Source: Glaucostegus cemiculus (taxonomy: Eukaryota). From it: a stretch of 64,000 bases of DNA. Where the stretch lies: contig CDPCPM010000274.1 of the NCBI GenBank assembly GCA_976551045.1, positions 248,001-312,000 on the forward strand, read 5' to 3'. A model generated the notes under the pieces. The model did no database searches, was not told the origin of the DNA, and saw only the letters and a program-made list of their open reading frames with translations. Positions within the stretch are counted from its first letter, which is position 1. Every line of letters begins with the position of its first letter. This document shows, one piece after another, positions 1-12,675 of this stretch. A program made the translations under genes and the position numbers.

Positions 1-375
1 TGTTCTGAATAGTGACTGGAAAGCAGACTGTGCTACTAGCCCTCTAATTTCTTGGAGAGAGAATAGAGGCATGTGACATGTCAGTTCATAAAAATATTCT
101 GCTTTTTTCGGGGATTTTTTCAGTTTCTTAAGAACTCTTGCACGTTTAAACAATCATTAGAGGCAATAAATCTCGATGAATAGGAAGTTCTGATGATGTT
201 CCAAAACGCTGCCAGAAAATTCTTCCAATGCCACTTATACATTGTTAATTAATGTGTGTCAACTTTCTTCACCACAGTAAGGAATGAAGTCTTAGGGGAA
301 ATTGAACATTTTTATGACAACAGCATTTAAGGGCATCAGTGATAAATATTTCACCTTCATTTGTTAAAACCTTAC

Positions 376-402
376 CAAGCTGGATTCGTAGGAAAGTATT
401 TT
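376..402 (-). CDS. Microexon 40 (27 nt): ENTFLRIQL (module exon A)
   Basis: cacttgcttgtttcag|AAAATACTTTCCTACGAATCCAGCTTG|gtaagg. Confidence 0.85.
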
Positions 403-497
403 CTGAAACAAGCAAGTGGAATATGAATATTCAATATTGATAAAAGAAAAAATAGATGAAATCCCGTTATACCGAGTGCATTTCTACTAACGACTGC

Positions 498-589
498 AAA
501 TCATGACTCTCTTTTCCAATCGTTGACTGTAATATTCATTATTACAGTTGAATATTACAGTCAACGATTGGAAAACCGAGTCATGATTT
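498..589. repeat. Inverted repeat/hairpin, 41-bp arms (2 mismatches), 10-nt loop
   Basis: 498-538 is the reverse complement of 549-589 except for a 2-nt internal mismatch. Confidence 0.95.
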
Positions 590-701
590 TCTACTCACTG
601 TGATGGAACCATGGCAGTTTCATCAAAAACTTATAAGAATATCTCCAGTTCGAAGTAACATCAATAGAATTAAGCTGACTCATACGCATTATCAACATTA
701 C

Positions 702-719
702 CTCTTGCAGCTGAAGATT
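702..719 (-). CDS. Microexon 39 (18 nt): xSSAAR (linker)
   Basis: T8 tract+cag|AATCTTCAGCTGCAAGAG|gtaatg; ~300 nt before an A exon, the same layout as 20574/20290. Confidence 0.78.
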
Positions 720-1919
720 CTGAAAAAAAAGTTCAAGGAGATTGTGTTAAAACTCAAGATTGACGCCGGGGAATAAAATACAGGAAAAGTCATTAATAAA
801 AAAAAAACGCAATGTAGTTGAACTTTCCGACAGTGCAAGCAGAATATTTAAGCGAAACTGAATTTAAATAGCGCAAATAACTTTTTAAATTAGTGGAATC
901 GTTACTAGATCGGAATGCAGCAGAAGTTGAAAGCGATCAGGATAAACATATGATTATTGCTGGGAATCGGAAGATGTACGTTGTATGTGCAGTTGGCGCT
1001 ACGTATAGCTTCGACTGAAAATCTTGTAGATATGCCTAAGTTTTATTTTAACGCAATGGTGAAAATAGAAGGAAATAATATCATTAGTTCGTTCCTCACA
1101 ATTGTTTGCTTTTATTTTCCGCATTTTCCAGTTTGCCAGCCCAAAGTTTCAGGAGTAATGCACAATCTATGTTTCGAGTGGATATGCCACAGATAGAATG
1201 CAGAATTTGTTGCATCATAATTGAAAATATATGAAGAGCGGAATTTGAAGTACTGAAGTACGTTTAGAATTTGATTATTCCATTCAGAGAAGCCCGAATA
1301 CCTCAGTCACTATTTCACTAGAATATAGTATAACTGAGATAATAGCAGTCGACAAAACTTGACAAGGGCACGACATCATCATCAATGAGCCCATGTAATG
1401 TAAATCATAAAGACCAATTTTCCTCAAGGGAGGAAAAAAGGGGAAAAGATTTGAAGTAATTAGCTCCAAGGGATGTATTGGAGTAGGGACTTTTTTATTC
1501 GCCCATTGGAGACAGTGGCCTACAATTTGGTTGAGGCCTGGTCACATTTTACAAAGTACATGAATTTAGCTCTGTTTCGAATGTACGGAAATGACCAGTC
1601 GATTGACTTCTTTTTTCGTCAGAAATATTGGCTGATTCAATGAAAATTAAATATTACAGATATCTACTTTGGTCTTTCTAGAAGTTATATCGAACTGCAG
1701 ATACCTATGATCGTTAGCTAATCGAGCCGGAAACTATTTAGGCACAGGGTGTGATCGAAGAGAAACTTCTGGCAGTTTCCATCGAACAAATATCTGCAGA
1801 GGAATTGTCGTTTCCTGAGTTTAGTGAGCGTTGAAGAACTATCATGTACATTTATAACAAGTCCAGTCACCAATAATTCAGCACGGTGAAGCGGGTACAT
1901 TAACCCCCCAAGATATTGA

Positions 1920-3110
1920 TCGTAGACAGTGATAGTAATGCTATTGAATGTCAGCGGGTGATAGCTGCATCTCCGCTTGTTGCATGTAGTCATTTCCTGG
2001 CACTTGCGAGGCGCCAACGTTATTTGCTACCTACCATCCCAGGTCTGGATATTGTCCAAGTCTTGCTGCATTTTGTCGTGGACTTGTTCATCTTTAGAGG
2101 TGTCGTTAGTGGTTCTGGTCATCATGCAATCATCAGCAAACATCCTTACTCCTGACACTATAATGTAAGGAATACCTGAGGCTGAGATGATTGACCTTCA
2201 TCAACCACAACCGCCTTCGATTGTGCTAAGTATGATTCCATCCAGAGGATCGGTTCTCTCTGATTCCCAAGAAAACCAGTTTAGCCAGGGCTTCCTGATG
2301 CCATACTCGATCAAATCTCTTGATATCAAGAGCAGTTATTCTCACTTCACCTCTGGGGTTCAGTTTGATTGTCCATGTTTGGACCAAAGCTGTGCTGAAG
2401 TCAGGAGCTGAGCGGCTTTGGTGGAACCTATACAGAGCTTTTGTGAGCAAGTTGTTGCTACGCAAGTGCAGCTTGAAAACACTATTTATCCCTTCCATTA
2501 CTTTGCCAATAATCTATAGTAGATTAATGAGACAGTAATTGGCCGGGTTGGATTTGTCCTGCTTCTTATAGACAGGATATAGATAGCCAACTTTCCACAC
2601 TGTATGGTAGCTGCCAGTGTTATAGATTACGCGAATAGCTTGGCAAAGGAAGAGTCAAGTTCTCGGGCACAAAGTGGAATACTATTGCCGAAGTTTTTTC
2701 AGGGCCCATTGTTGTATCGAATGTCTTTCGTGTTTTCTTGATATCGTCTGTAGTGACTGGCATTTATCATGCTGGGGACCACTGGAGGAGGCCGAGATGG
2801 ATCAGCCAATCGGCACTTCTGCCTGAAGATTCTTGAAAATGCTTCAGCGTTTTCATTTTCACTGATGCGCCGGGCACCCCATCATTGAGAATAGAGATAG
2901 CTGTAGAACATCCTCCTGCAGTGGATGTTTTTACACCACCACCATTCACGATTGGATGTTGCAGAACTGCAGAGCATGGCCCTGATAGGTTGGTCGTACG
3001 ATCGATTAGCTTTGTCTATTGCATGCTGGTTATGTTGTGTGGCGTTCAAGTAGTCCTGTCATGTAGCTTCACGAGGTTGATTCCTCATTCTGAGGCACTC
3101 CGGCTGCTGG
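1920..3110 (-). mobile_element. Degenerate non-LTR retrotransposon (CR1/L2 superclade) RT fragment
   Basis: ORF 2226-2498 contains RT motif VRITALDIKRFDRVWHQEALAKL; frameshifts and stops; boundaries approximate. Confidence 0.85.
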
Positions 3111-3519
3111 AACACATGCGCTTTATAAGAAAATACAATGACCAATTGCACACTTTTTTTTCCAACCTGACAAGCGTACACTGAGACAGAAGAATTAACA
3201 AGCAGATTAACAATTATCTACCAACAATGGGAATGGTAAATAGAGGCAAGACGAGGATCTATTTCAGATATTCAGATCGATGAAATGAAATACCAAAGCA
3301 AGAATAATATCGTGTATTGATATGTTTGTTCGTGGGCACGAGAGAGGCAAAGGTACGGGAAAAATAGAAGAGACAGTGAAAGAGAATTACACCATTGTGA
3401 CCAAATGAAGTCGGAATGGAATCATCTCTTCCTGTCCAATCGTTTCATAAAGTAAAAGCAAATCTACCTGCAAATGACATAAATTTTTCACTTCCTTGGA
3501 GCTTTAATTCTATACTCAC

Positions 3520-3531
3520 GAGATGAACTGC
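3520..3531 (-). CDS. Microexon 38 (12 nt): GSSS (linker)
   Basis: gacttttatttattttag|GCAGTTCATCTC|gtgagt. Confidence 0.6.
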
Positions 3532-4691
3532 CTAAAATAAATAAAAGTCTCTATTATTTTCAAAGGCGTTGTTAGATTAACTTCGAATGAAACTTGCATT
3601 GAAATGCCAATCTGGAATATATTATAACTACCGATTTTGAAATAATTCAAGTTGCATAAATGTATTCGACGTCACTCTTTCAGTTACCACATACATTTTA
3701 AATAAACCAACAAATTTGGATGAAATTGTTTGATCAATACTTTCATATTCGTTGGTTTTCAGCAGGTGAAATTACAATTAAAGGCTTCTTATTACAGAGA
3801 AGAGGAGGAGAAAAGCTAGCATTTTAAGCCACAACATACGGAAGAGTAACACGAATTTTCTGAGGAGTACATAATTCAGTACGTGTTCGCCCTCACGCCT
3901 TTCCAGTGTGCTAAGGCACAGTAAGGAGGAAACATTGACGAAACCGCAAAGGACAAGGGTGCCCCGATTGCTTCAAAACATAAAAACTAAAACAATGTTC
4001 CCCACACTCCTCCGCTGGAATCGCGTAAAATTATTTGGCCTGAACTCTAATTCGCTGGAATCGACCACACAGAAAGTTAATTACAAAATAGAAAAGTCTC
4101 ATTATATTGCTGAGCAATTTGGAGAATAACCTGAAGGCAAGTACATCATTCATCATGGTTGGAAATCAGGTACACGCAAGTTACATCATGACCTCAGCAA
4201 AACGCGGAAAACTTGTTTTAGGCCTCTCTTAATGATGGAATATCACTCCTTCACAATCGAGACAACATACACCTCGCCCCTTTAATGTGTTTCAAATGCC
4301 AGTGCACTGAAATCACAAAACACAGGATCGTAGCTATTTCCAAATCACTTCCCATGGCAGCTTTCCACCATTCTTCCAAGGTGTGAGATTAATCCTGGGA
4401 GTTTCTTGGAGGAAGAAATTTAACATTTCATACCATGTAAACAGTGATGGCCGAAATTCTGTTTATAAGGTTTGCCAGTTTAAACCTCGCTTGGGAAAAC
4501 TTATGCTCACCTCTGTGGATAAATTTAAATAAATTATAGGTATTTTTTTCTTTACTTATTTACAGTGGGCCCGTCTTAACCATTTGCTGTAAGTCTTTGA
4601 ATTCTCAACAGAGAAACGGAAATAAGTTTGGCAGTGTATTAAAACAAGTCGGCATGTATTGAAATTCATACGAAACCGTACACAATTGTAC

Positions 4692-4733
4692 CTGTATCTT
4701 TTGGTGATCCTGTTCTGTTAGCTAATTGGCTTT
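4692..4733 (-). CDS. Microexon 37 (42 nt): ESQLANRTGSPKDT (extended module exon D)
   Basis: aacttgtttcag|AAAGCCAATTAGCTAACAGAACAGGATCACCAAAAGATACAG|gtacaa; ExQL start matches the D exons and follows a C exon as expected. Confidence 0.6.
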
Positions 4734-4819
4734 CTGAAACAAGTTTTTTTGAAAAAGAATTAGACAAACACATAACTAAACAGGAGATCAATAAGAGATA
4801 TTCCAGGCAGTTTATCTCA

Positions 4820-5190
4820 TGAATCAGAATCAGAGTCAGAATCAGAATCAGAATCAGAATCATTTTTATTGTCACAACCATACATAAGCACACAGTATGC
4901 ACAGGAGCGAGATACCGTCCTCAACAGGTGCACGTCACATTCAATTACAAGTAAAAACGACACACTGACACACACAAAAAAAACCCATAAACACCACGAA
5001 AATTAAATTAAATTCAGCAGGTTAAATAAATAGATTTAAAGTGAACGAACTGGTGGCGGGCATTTAAAGTGCTGGTGCATTTCTGAGCGCCTAGCACCCT
5101 TTAGTGTTAACAGGGTAGATGGAGGAATGAGAGAGTTCACAGATCTGGCGGCTTGCGGGAAGAAGCGATTGCACAGTCTCGTCATGAGTG
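4820..5190 (-). mobile_element. LINE 3' end with (GAATCA)n tail
   Basis: (gaatca)n followed by tttttattgtcac, and downstream gcttgcgggaagaagcg typical of fish LINE 3' ends; approximate. Confidence 0.55.
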
Positions 5191-5294
5191 TAACATGAAT
5201 AAAGAAGTAAATAAAGACGCGGAGAAATAAATAAATAAATAGCTAGATGAACAGGCAGACAAACAATTAATTAATAAGAAGCAAATAAAAATAA

Positions 5295-5348
5295 ATAGAT
5301 AGATATAGCTATGTAGATATGCAGATAGATAGATAGATAGATAGATAG
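5295..5348. repeat. (GATA)n microsatellite
   Basis: Directly visible. Confidence 0.85.
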
Positions 5349-5561
5349 GACCTTAAAATATACTTCACCGTTTGGAATTTATACGAAATTCCAAGAAAAT
5401 TACCTTCCATTTACAAGTTTTCTCATGGCAAACAATCACTCATAGAATTCGGCTTTGAATCTCGAGCCCTTTTTTTAAAATTTGGTGCATGTCAGCGTAG
5501 GATGCTCACTAGTTTAGCAATAGAACTGTTAAGAAAACCATTCAAAACCACATAAACGTAC

Positions 5562-5588
5562 CTAACATGCCAACTTTATGCTTCAAGT
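5562..5588 (-). CDS. Microexon 36 (27 nt): DLKHKVGML (module exon C)
   Basis: ctgtatgtttttag|ACTTGAAGCATAAAGTTGGCATGTTAG|gtacgt. Confidence 0.83.
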
Positions 5589-8080
5589 CTAAAAACATAC
5601 AGTACAAATTAATAAAGATATACACAGTACATTGTAAAATTGTAAAATTTGTGCATACTTTCTGTTTAATTTCTGTTTTTCTTGTGGATGTTATGTATCT
5701 GATGCTATGTGCCTGTGAGGCCAGTGAAAAATAAGTTTTTCACGGCATCTGTGTATGCATGTACTGCACATATGACAATAAACTCGACTTTGACGTTGAG
5801 ACGGCTGGAGTGTTTCACGTGAGATAATGACAATGGAACAGCAATGAGGACGTTTACAACGTTGTGAGGAATTCTTGGGAAAAGGTACGGATTTCATAGA
5901 TATTGGAGAACATGGCATATGGAACATTGTGGACACAGGCAAAAAAGGGAAAACTTTAATGCAATGGAGCCGAGAGTTGTCAAATTATCGTGCCATCTCA
6001 CTTTAAAAAACATTCAAATATAAAATGCTAAGAAAGCAATAAATAAAAGCAGCGACATTCCAAAAAATTCAATCGGGTGGAATGCAAACAATAACTAAAT
6101 TTCCAAAGGCACGTTTTCCGGAAAGAAACTAAGCGCTGCCGTGGTGTTTGGAGCATCGAGCTGCTTGCAAAGACGAATTAATCAATGACTTATTTCAATA
6201 TTAATACTGGAGGAAATTCTGGGGATATGTCTTCTGCTTAATCGTGGAAATCATGTAATCATATTTAAGTTAGCCTTCTATAAGTTTTAAATAACATAGA
6301 CGAAAGCAAAGAGTGTACAAACAGTGATCCATACAAACTGTGTTGGTAGACTTTCAACAGTGCAAGAGGTGACATGGCGGTGACATCGTCAACTAATATT
6401 AGAAAAAATAATGGTACACGAATGACACATAACTAGCGTATGACCTACTTTTAATGAGTATTTGAAAAGAAGTGCGGACAATTTTTAATGAATGAGCTTT
6501 ACATGTGACAGAAACGACGTTAAGATTTTGACTGTTACTTTTAAGAGAAAGGCAGTGCGTGGAGATTGTCACAATGACCTTGGCCATTCTACAGTGGTGT
6601 GCTGGGGCCAATTTACTTGGAATGTACCTTAACAATGTAGAAGTAAGAATAAAATATTTGTAAGTTACACGTTTTATGGCATGGGGAGAAGTGCAGGGGT
6701 TGCGATGGAGTGGCGCTGTATGAGCTCTAAGATGTTTCTTTTGTGAAAGATTGGGAAAATAATACAACGTCATTGGCTGATGGTTTTCAGCAAATTTGTG
6801 AGATTAAAAAAAGGTTGGAAATACTTGAAAAATAATCTCATATCGGTACAGGAAGGAAACACTCAGATCCGAGTACCCCAGACTAAGAAGACTGACGTAT
6901 GTCTCAACTGTTATAACAGACATTCATAATGTTATAACAGATGGTTTTGAAACATTTTTTAAAATGTGAAGAGGTATTTATTCTCCGCAATTTACGTAAC
7001 AGCATTATTTCAAACTTGCTGATCTCAGTCAGGGAGGAGCTTCATTCACATGTAAAGAAAACAAATTGACACTTCAAACAAATAGTATTTCTGTTTGCGC
7101 GATGTCGATGTTGCAGGGTCATTTTCCGATTTAAGCCACTTGCTCATGTGTTAGCTGATATCAAGATGAAATGTTACCAACGGAGGAAAACAACCCTTGA
7201 AGTTTCTATGACTTTCTTTTGAATATGAGGAGATTGTAATCGGAATGTTCGCAGCTTTTTGTGCATAAAAGTAGCACAGAATGTTAAATATTAGTTCTGC
7301 AAATGTTTCGCATTATGTGCTGAAGAGAATTCGCGGTTCAGTGATGTAAAACTGAATAATATTAAAATAACTGGTTATGCTCACTGCAAGAGAGGGAATT
7401 AATAAAATAAAATGTAAAAAAATAATCCAAGGATGTAAGAATAGAAACAGGTAGTGGGGAATATTAACTTTGACATGTGATTTGTCGGGCTGTACGACCT
7501 GGTTCGAAAGTACACGCTTCACAGTCGAATATTACTTACGTATTCCGGAAATCCAATCTCACGTTTGTTTTAGTATGTTTAATCAGATTCTAAATTCTAA
7601 AAATGTTTATTTTAGAAGACATCTTAACTTAAGGAAATACAAGATTTAGTCCACAATAAAAAGTCAGGTTGGGGGCGTTGCTTTTGGACAGTTTATTGTC
7701 AGTCTTAGAAAGTAGGACGTTCATGCTCAGAAGACAACGGATACAAAGAAGTCATGTGTGGCAAGAATAAAGCCATAGCGTTGGTAGCACACTCCAAGTA
7801 GCTGAGATGACTGCGTAACTTAAACGGACTACTCAAAGTTTTTTTTTTATTATTAACAGCTGAAAATCATCTATTTTCTTCAAAACCAGGGTGGTGTAAT
7901 TATACTATAGTTTTATGATGGTGACGCAAATATGATCTAAGTCATTCGATGATTTGTTACTGATATCAGAAGGACGGAATAATTTGCTTAGTTTTTCTTT
8001 TGGAGTGAAGAAAACAGAAGGCAATGCAAAGTATGAAGATCAGTATATTAAAATATGTGAAGCAACGTTAAGTAAATTAC

Positions 8081-8104
8081 CCCGTATTTCCTTCAATCTG
8101 TCAA
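8081..8104 (-). CDS. Microexon 35 (24 nt): VDRLKEIR (module exon B)
   Basis: tttttggtttatcag|TTGACAGATTGAAGGAAATACGGG|gtaatt. Confidence 0.8.
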
Positions 8105-8477
8105 CTGATAAACCAAAAAGTAAATAGTTTAGACTGCGAGTTTTCACAATTAGGACATGGTACGGCTATTTTATATTTGCTACGGGTAATTTTAATTTTG
8201 ATCGACGTTCTAAAACCAGCAACATACAGCAACATCCCGCTTAATGATTTATGGTATTATTTCGAAGGAAATGTGTTCCATTGCGATGCTCAAGGATGGT
8301 AGATCACCTATTGTCAATTCAACAAGAGATAATCAATCACTTGTGAAAGGAATAAGAAATCACAGTGGTGACACAGATTGACGCATGCTCGTCAGCAGGA
8401 AATATCTTCATATTAAAGTGATTGACAAAAATATTTTCTCCAGTGAATCAAATGACTTGTTCAATTGACTTATTTAC

Positions 8478-8504
8478 CCAGTTCAATCCGGAGGCGGTCT
8501 TCTT
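8478..8504 (-). CDS. Microexon 34 (27 nt): EEDRLRIEL (module exon A)
   Basis: ctatttatattttag|AAGAAGACCGCCTCCGGATTGAACTGG|gtaaat. Confidence 0.85.
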
Positions 8505-9832
8505 CTAAAATATAAATAGTAAAGAAAATTATTTTGATAATTTTCAACTTCAAGCAGAAGATACACTAATAAACACGAAATTTAGCACATTTCAGAACAT
8601 CTGACGCTTCAAATATTCGCCACAGAAATCATATTTACAGCTATTTTAGTGGTGTATGCTTAGAAAAACGGTAATATTCTCCGCTAAAATAAACTTTATG
8701 CAAGAAAGCGAAGTATATTTTAATAGAGAGTGAGGTGCAACGTGAAATAAAATAATTTACAGCAGAAGTCGCATTGTAATGTGACAGTGAGGGATGGATA
8801 GTGAGGGATGAATTACGTTGCTTCAAAAGCCAGAGATCGAATATTGAAATTGGAAGCATTGGCAAGGATTTATGACGTATACAGCGAGTTATTAAAACAA
8901 AAATGCTATCTTCTCCAATGCTCTGATCGATGTGGACAAATTATTTCAGAATGGAAATACATAAAAAGTTTGAGTATGACTCCCGCTCCAGTGGAATTGG
9001 AGAATACAGAGCACTTACAGCTGGGGTTAGTTAGGTTTTCACTTAACCAATGCTCCAAATGTGTTATGGAAAAACATAGTCAATTTTTACTCATCGGAGG
9101 ATCATTCGGAGGAAAACCGAACAATGTTTTGAAAACTGAGCGCTATTATTTGAATACAGCGAGACAATGAGTTTCCTTGTAATACAAAGGGTATGGAATG
9201 GCATTGTAATAGAATATTTCCCATACTCCTGAACGCATAGATCGTCGTACTTCTACAGAACAAGCCTTTCGCCGTGCCACACTTAACTGTGCAGTAAAGC
9301 GAATTTGAAGACTCCTGTGATCAACAAATAAGTGAATGACGACTATCTAAATTCCACAAATATGCCTCCATCCAGAGCACGTAATAATGCAAATCTAGTG
9401 ACTTGCCGAATTGCTTACATCCCTGACATCTAAAGGTATGAAAAAGGGATTTGAAAGGTAAGCATGAGAGAGCAATAATGAGTTACTTTCTCAGTACCTA
9501 AATAAATCATGTGATATTTCTAGATTGCGATTGAGTTCAATAATATAGATTGAATCCCTTGTTGAACTTAACACCAGATTCTCAAATTTCTGTCAATTTT
9601 GTTGGAATTTAAAGAGAATAAAAAAAAGCAGAAGTGCCATTTTGAAAGTAAGATCAGAGCACGCCTTTAGTAAGATTGTTATCTTCCACTTCTCTGCACA
9701 GTATCATGACAGTCTTCAGCATATCCTGTTCAAATTAACAGGTGCAATAATTTGCTGTTTATTGAGGCCAGTTCTATACCTCTTTCCGATAATGCTGTAC
9801 TAACACGTAATATAACTTGAATAAAGTCTCAC

Positions 9833-9868
9833 CGTTGCCCACGTCTTGTCTTTTAACCTTAGTGCTCA
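9833..9868 (-). CDS. Microexon 33 (36 nt): VSTKVKRQDVGN (linker)
   Basis: ttcttttgttttatgttag|TGAGCACTAAGGTTAAAAGACAAGACGTGGGCAACG|gtgaga. Confidence 0.75.
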
Positions 9869-10094
9869 CTAACATAAAACAAAAGAAATTCATTCCATGA
9901 AATTCACTTGAAAAATGCAAATTAAGATCATGAGGAAGGCTGGTAAATTTCTATTACTGAATTACAGGAAAGTCACAACACTGAATGAGGCCATTCAGTC
10001 CATTGAGTTAATGCCGGTGCTTTCACATACAATTGAAGAAGGCCCACACTGGAGACCTCGAACCACATCCCTGATGCTTCTCCTTTCATGCAGG

Positions 10095-10281
10095 NNNNNN
10101 NNNNNNNNNNNNNNNNNNNNNNNNNNNNNNNNNNNNNNNNNNNNNNNNNNNNNNNNNNNNNNNNNNNNNNNNNNNNNNNNNNNNNNNNNNNNNNNNNNNN
10201 NNNNNNNNNNNNNNNNNNNNNNNNNNNNNNNNNNNNNNNNNNNNNNNNNNNNNNNNNNNNNNNNNNNNNNNNNNNNNNNNN
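10095..10281. other. Assembly gap
   Basis: Run of N. Confidence 1.
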
Positions 10282-11457
10282 TATTCCTGCCTTAACCATT
10301 TGCTCCATAGGAAAAATAGTGTCGTTTTTAGCCAATCGACGTTCTTCGACCCTTGACTGATATCTATTTCTCACTATCTCCTCTGCTTGTCCGAATCCAG
10401 CAACTGAATTTCATTTTTCCATTTTCGATTTATCTGCTTGTTCAATGCTTTCTGTAACCGTCCAAAAATGATCTCGATGTTCCTATACCAGATTATAATG
10501 ACGCGGCTTAGTTTGTATTGCCTCTCCAGCATCCTTCTACCAAAGTTTTGTAGGTCAAGGTGGATACGAGAAGTGGGACAGAATATCTACGCATATGAAA
10601 CAGCAATGAGAAAAATACAGTTGCATAAATCAAGCTCCTAACACGCTGGAATAAACATTTCCAAAAAGGGAGTAATATTAAACATTCTATATATCCAGAC
10701 ATATTTAAAATACGAAAATACACAGTGAAGGAAAACTAGGGATATTTTAAACAATTTGAACATAACTTCGAAATCATTTATCAGTTAAGCAAACTATTTG
10801 GCTCAAGAAAACATAAATCATTAATTGGTTCTGCCTCGCATAGGCATCCATTCCGATTGAAACAAATAGCATCTATTTGGTGTGAAGACCATCACTATCA
10901 AAAATATATCATAAAAGGGATGAAGGCGGTCGTTCTTGACCTTGTCGATCATGCAGTACCGCCAAGCCTGTTAGCACATACGCAGAAATTCTTTATACTA
11001 TGCATGTGATAAACGAGGAGATCAGACGTTAAACTCATCTATGAAGTGAAATAAATTTGAATAAATGAACATTCAGATTTCCATGAAACTTTTTGTGGTA
11101 AAACTTGATGGCCTGAGTGCAAGCAGTACTCGAATATCAGCCAAGATAAGAAAAGCTGACTGGTGAGAGAACTGGATAGATCCTCTATCAATTTAATACA
11201 TCAGCAGATAATCGAGGAGTCCCAGTTGTCGACCAAAAAATTGCTTACTTCTTTACCCTTACAGATATCTGTGATTTCTTTCATGGCAAAGGAGGAATAA
11301 CCCAAGAACGAGTATGATTTAAGATTGCTGTTTACATTACCTAAATCTTATAGACCGAACAGTTCAGTGCAAATTTATGTGATGATTTTTATTGTGACGT
11401 GAAGGTGGCATTAAGAAGCCTTGACACCCTTGTATTTAAAATAGTTATGACTGGTAT

Positions 11458-11864
11458 TGTCACAATGTTGACTGAAGAGCAAGCTCACAGAGAACCTAAG
11501 TGCAGCACACTGGTACAAGACTGGAGTCAGGATACTTCTTCAGGACCAGACACAGGCAACACTGGAAGGAATCTTGTCTCGGAGATCTGAGTAGTAATCC
11601 CAACACGAACTGAATCTTCAAGCAGGACTAGAGAACGCAGGACTGCTCTACAGTAGACCACTCTAAGCAGCTAGGAGCCAAAGTATACCTAAAGGTTGAC
11701 CAATCCACTGGCAACTAGTGCTAGAGAAACCCAAGTACTTATGCTAGGCCTCTTATGCGGCTCAGGTGTGTGTCATTATACAATCAGTCCAGCATGGAAT
11801 CCTTGTGCTGTACAACGAGGCATCCAAGGAGCCAAATCAAGGGCCAGTACTCAGAATCATGACA
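11458..11864. mobile_element. Solo LTR (407 bp), family 1, 5-bp TSD GGTAT
   Basis: TGTCA...TGACA termini; GGTAT at 11453-11457 and 11865-11869; homologous to 43007-43547. Confidence 0.92.
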
Positions 11865-11899
11865 GGTATTCTCACCTGACCTTTGAGAACGATTCTTAC

Positions 11900-11932
11900 C
11901 TGATCTTTGAGAACGCTTCAGTTTATCCAGCT
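11900..11932 (-). CDS. Microexon 32 (33 nt): ELDKLKRSQRS; alternative in-frame donor would extend the exon to 11876
   Basis: acatctgatttcag|AGCTGGATAAACTGAAGCGTTCTCAAAGATCAG|gtaaga. Confidence 0.85.
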
Positions 11933-12159
11933 CTGAAATCAGATGTAATCCATTAACTTACATGCCAATTTTACAAAATCTTCTTCACCTCACACCTGCA
12001 TGAAAAATATGCTGTTATGAGGGCAGTGTTGCTTTTACTTCTCATAAAACATTGATGGTGACAATTCCATGATCCTTCACGTGCACTCTTTTGATTGAAC
12101 GCTGTTTAGAAATGGTTGAGTAAGAAGCCTTGGTGAGTTAGCACTGTACAGTTTATAGG

Positions 12160-12372
12160 GGAGGCGCGGTAGCACAAGTGTTAGACCTGCTGCCTCTCAG
12201 TCTCAGTCACTGTAATTTAATACTGACAGTCGGTGCTGTCTGTATGGAGTTTGCAGCTCCTCCCTTTGAACGATTTGTTTACCCTGCTTTCTCCGATTCC
12301 ACCCCCCCTCACACACATCCCAAAGACGTGCGCGTTTGTAGCTTAATTAACCACTGTAAATTGCCCCTAGCC
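12160..12372 (+). mobile_element. Degenerate V-SINE
   Basis: ggcgcggtagcaca...gctgtctgtatggagtttgca...catcccaaagacgtgc...taaattgccccta. Confidence 0.75.
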
Positions 12373-12479
12373 TGCAGAAGTTGTGGAGCGGGAATCACCA
12401 TATTAGCCAAGCGGCCGAACAAAAACAGCACAGTCATGATGTGATTCATTTTCTGTCAGATGGTTCTCGGTGTTTGGTT

Positions 12480-12675
12480 GTCTCTTCCTCAAAGGGAAAC
12501 GGGGAAGAGTTTTTGAATATTCTAAGGCAGGGTCAGAGAGATACCCGATAAGCAGAAATGTAAACGATTACTACGGGCAGACAGAATGTAGATTTGAGGT
12601 TACAAGTATATGAGTCATGTTCTTATTGAAAGGCCGAGTAGATAGGCCCAGTGTCCTGATCCTCCTCTAATATTA
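12480..12675 (+). mobile_element. CR1-like LINE 3' remnant
   Basis: tttttgaatattctaaggcag...gaggttacaag...cttattgaa...cctcctctaat pattern, also seen at 42350-42500. Confidence 0.55.

Noticed and set aside
711-776. Plus-strand apparent terminal exon LKILKKKFKEIVLKLKIDAGE* after ttgcag
   Set aside because: Overlaps the minus-strand exon 702-719 and its T-tract, which explains the lysine run; no supporting plus-strand exons were found.
7563-7589. 27-nt AG/GT-flanked minus-strand segment
   Set aside because: Contains a stop (TAA) in the phase-1 frame used by all other exons.
8808-9170. 120-aa plus-strand ORF and the other supplied 60-140 aa ORFs
   Set aside because: No recognisable domains; they are chance ORFs, repeat-derived, or span N gaps. 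A few (14454-14741, 39651-39881, 57351-57545, 4666-4902) merely read through true minus-strand microexons.
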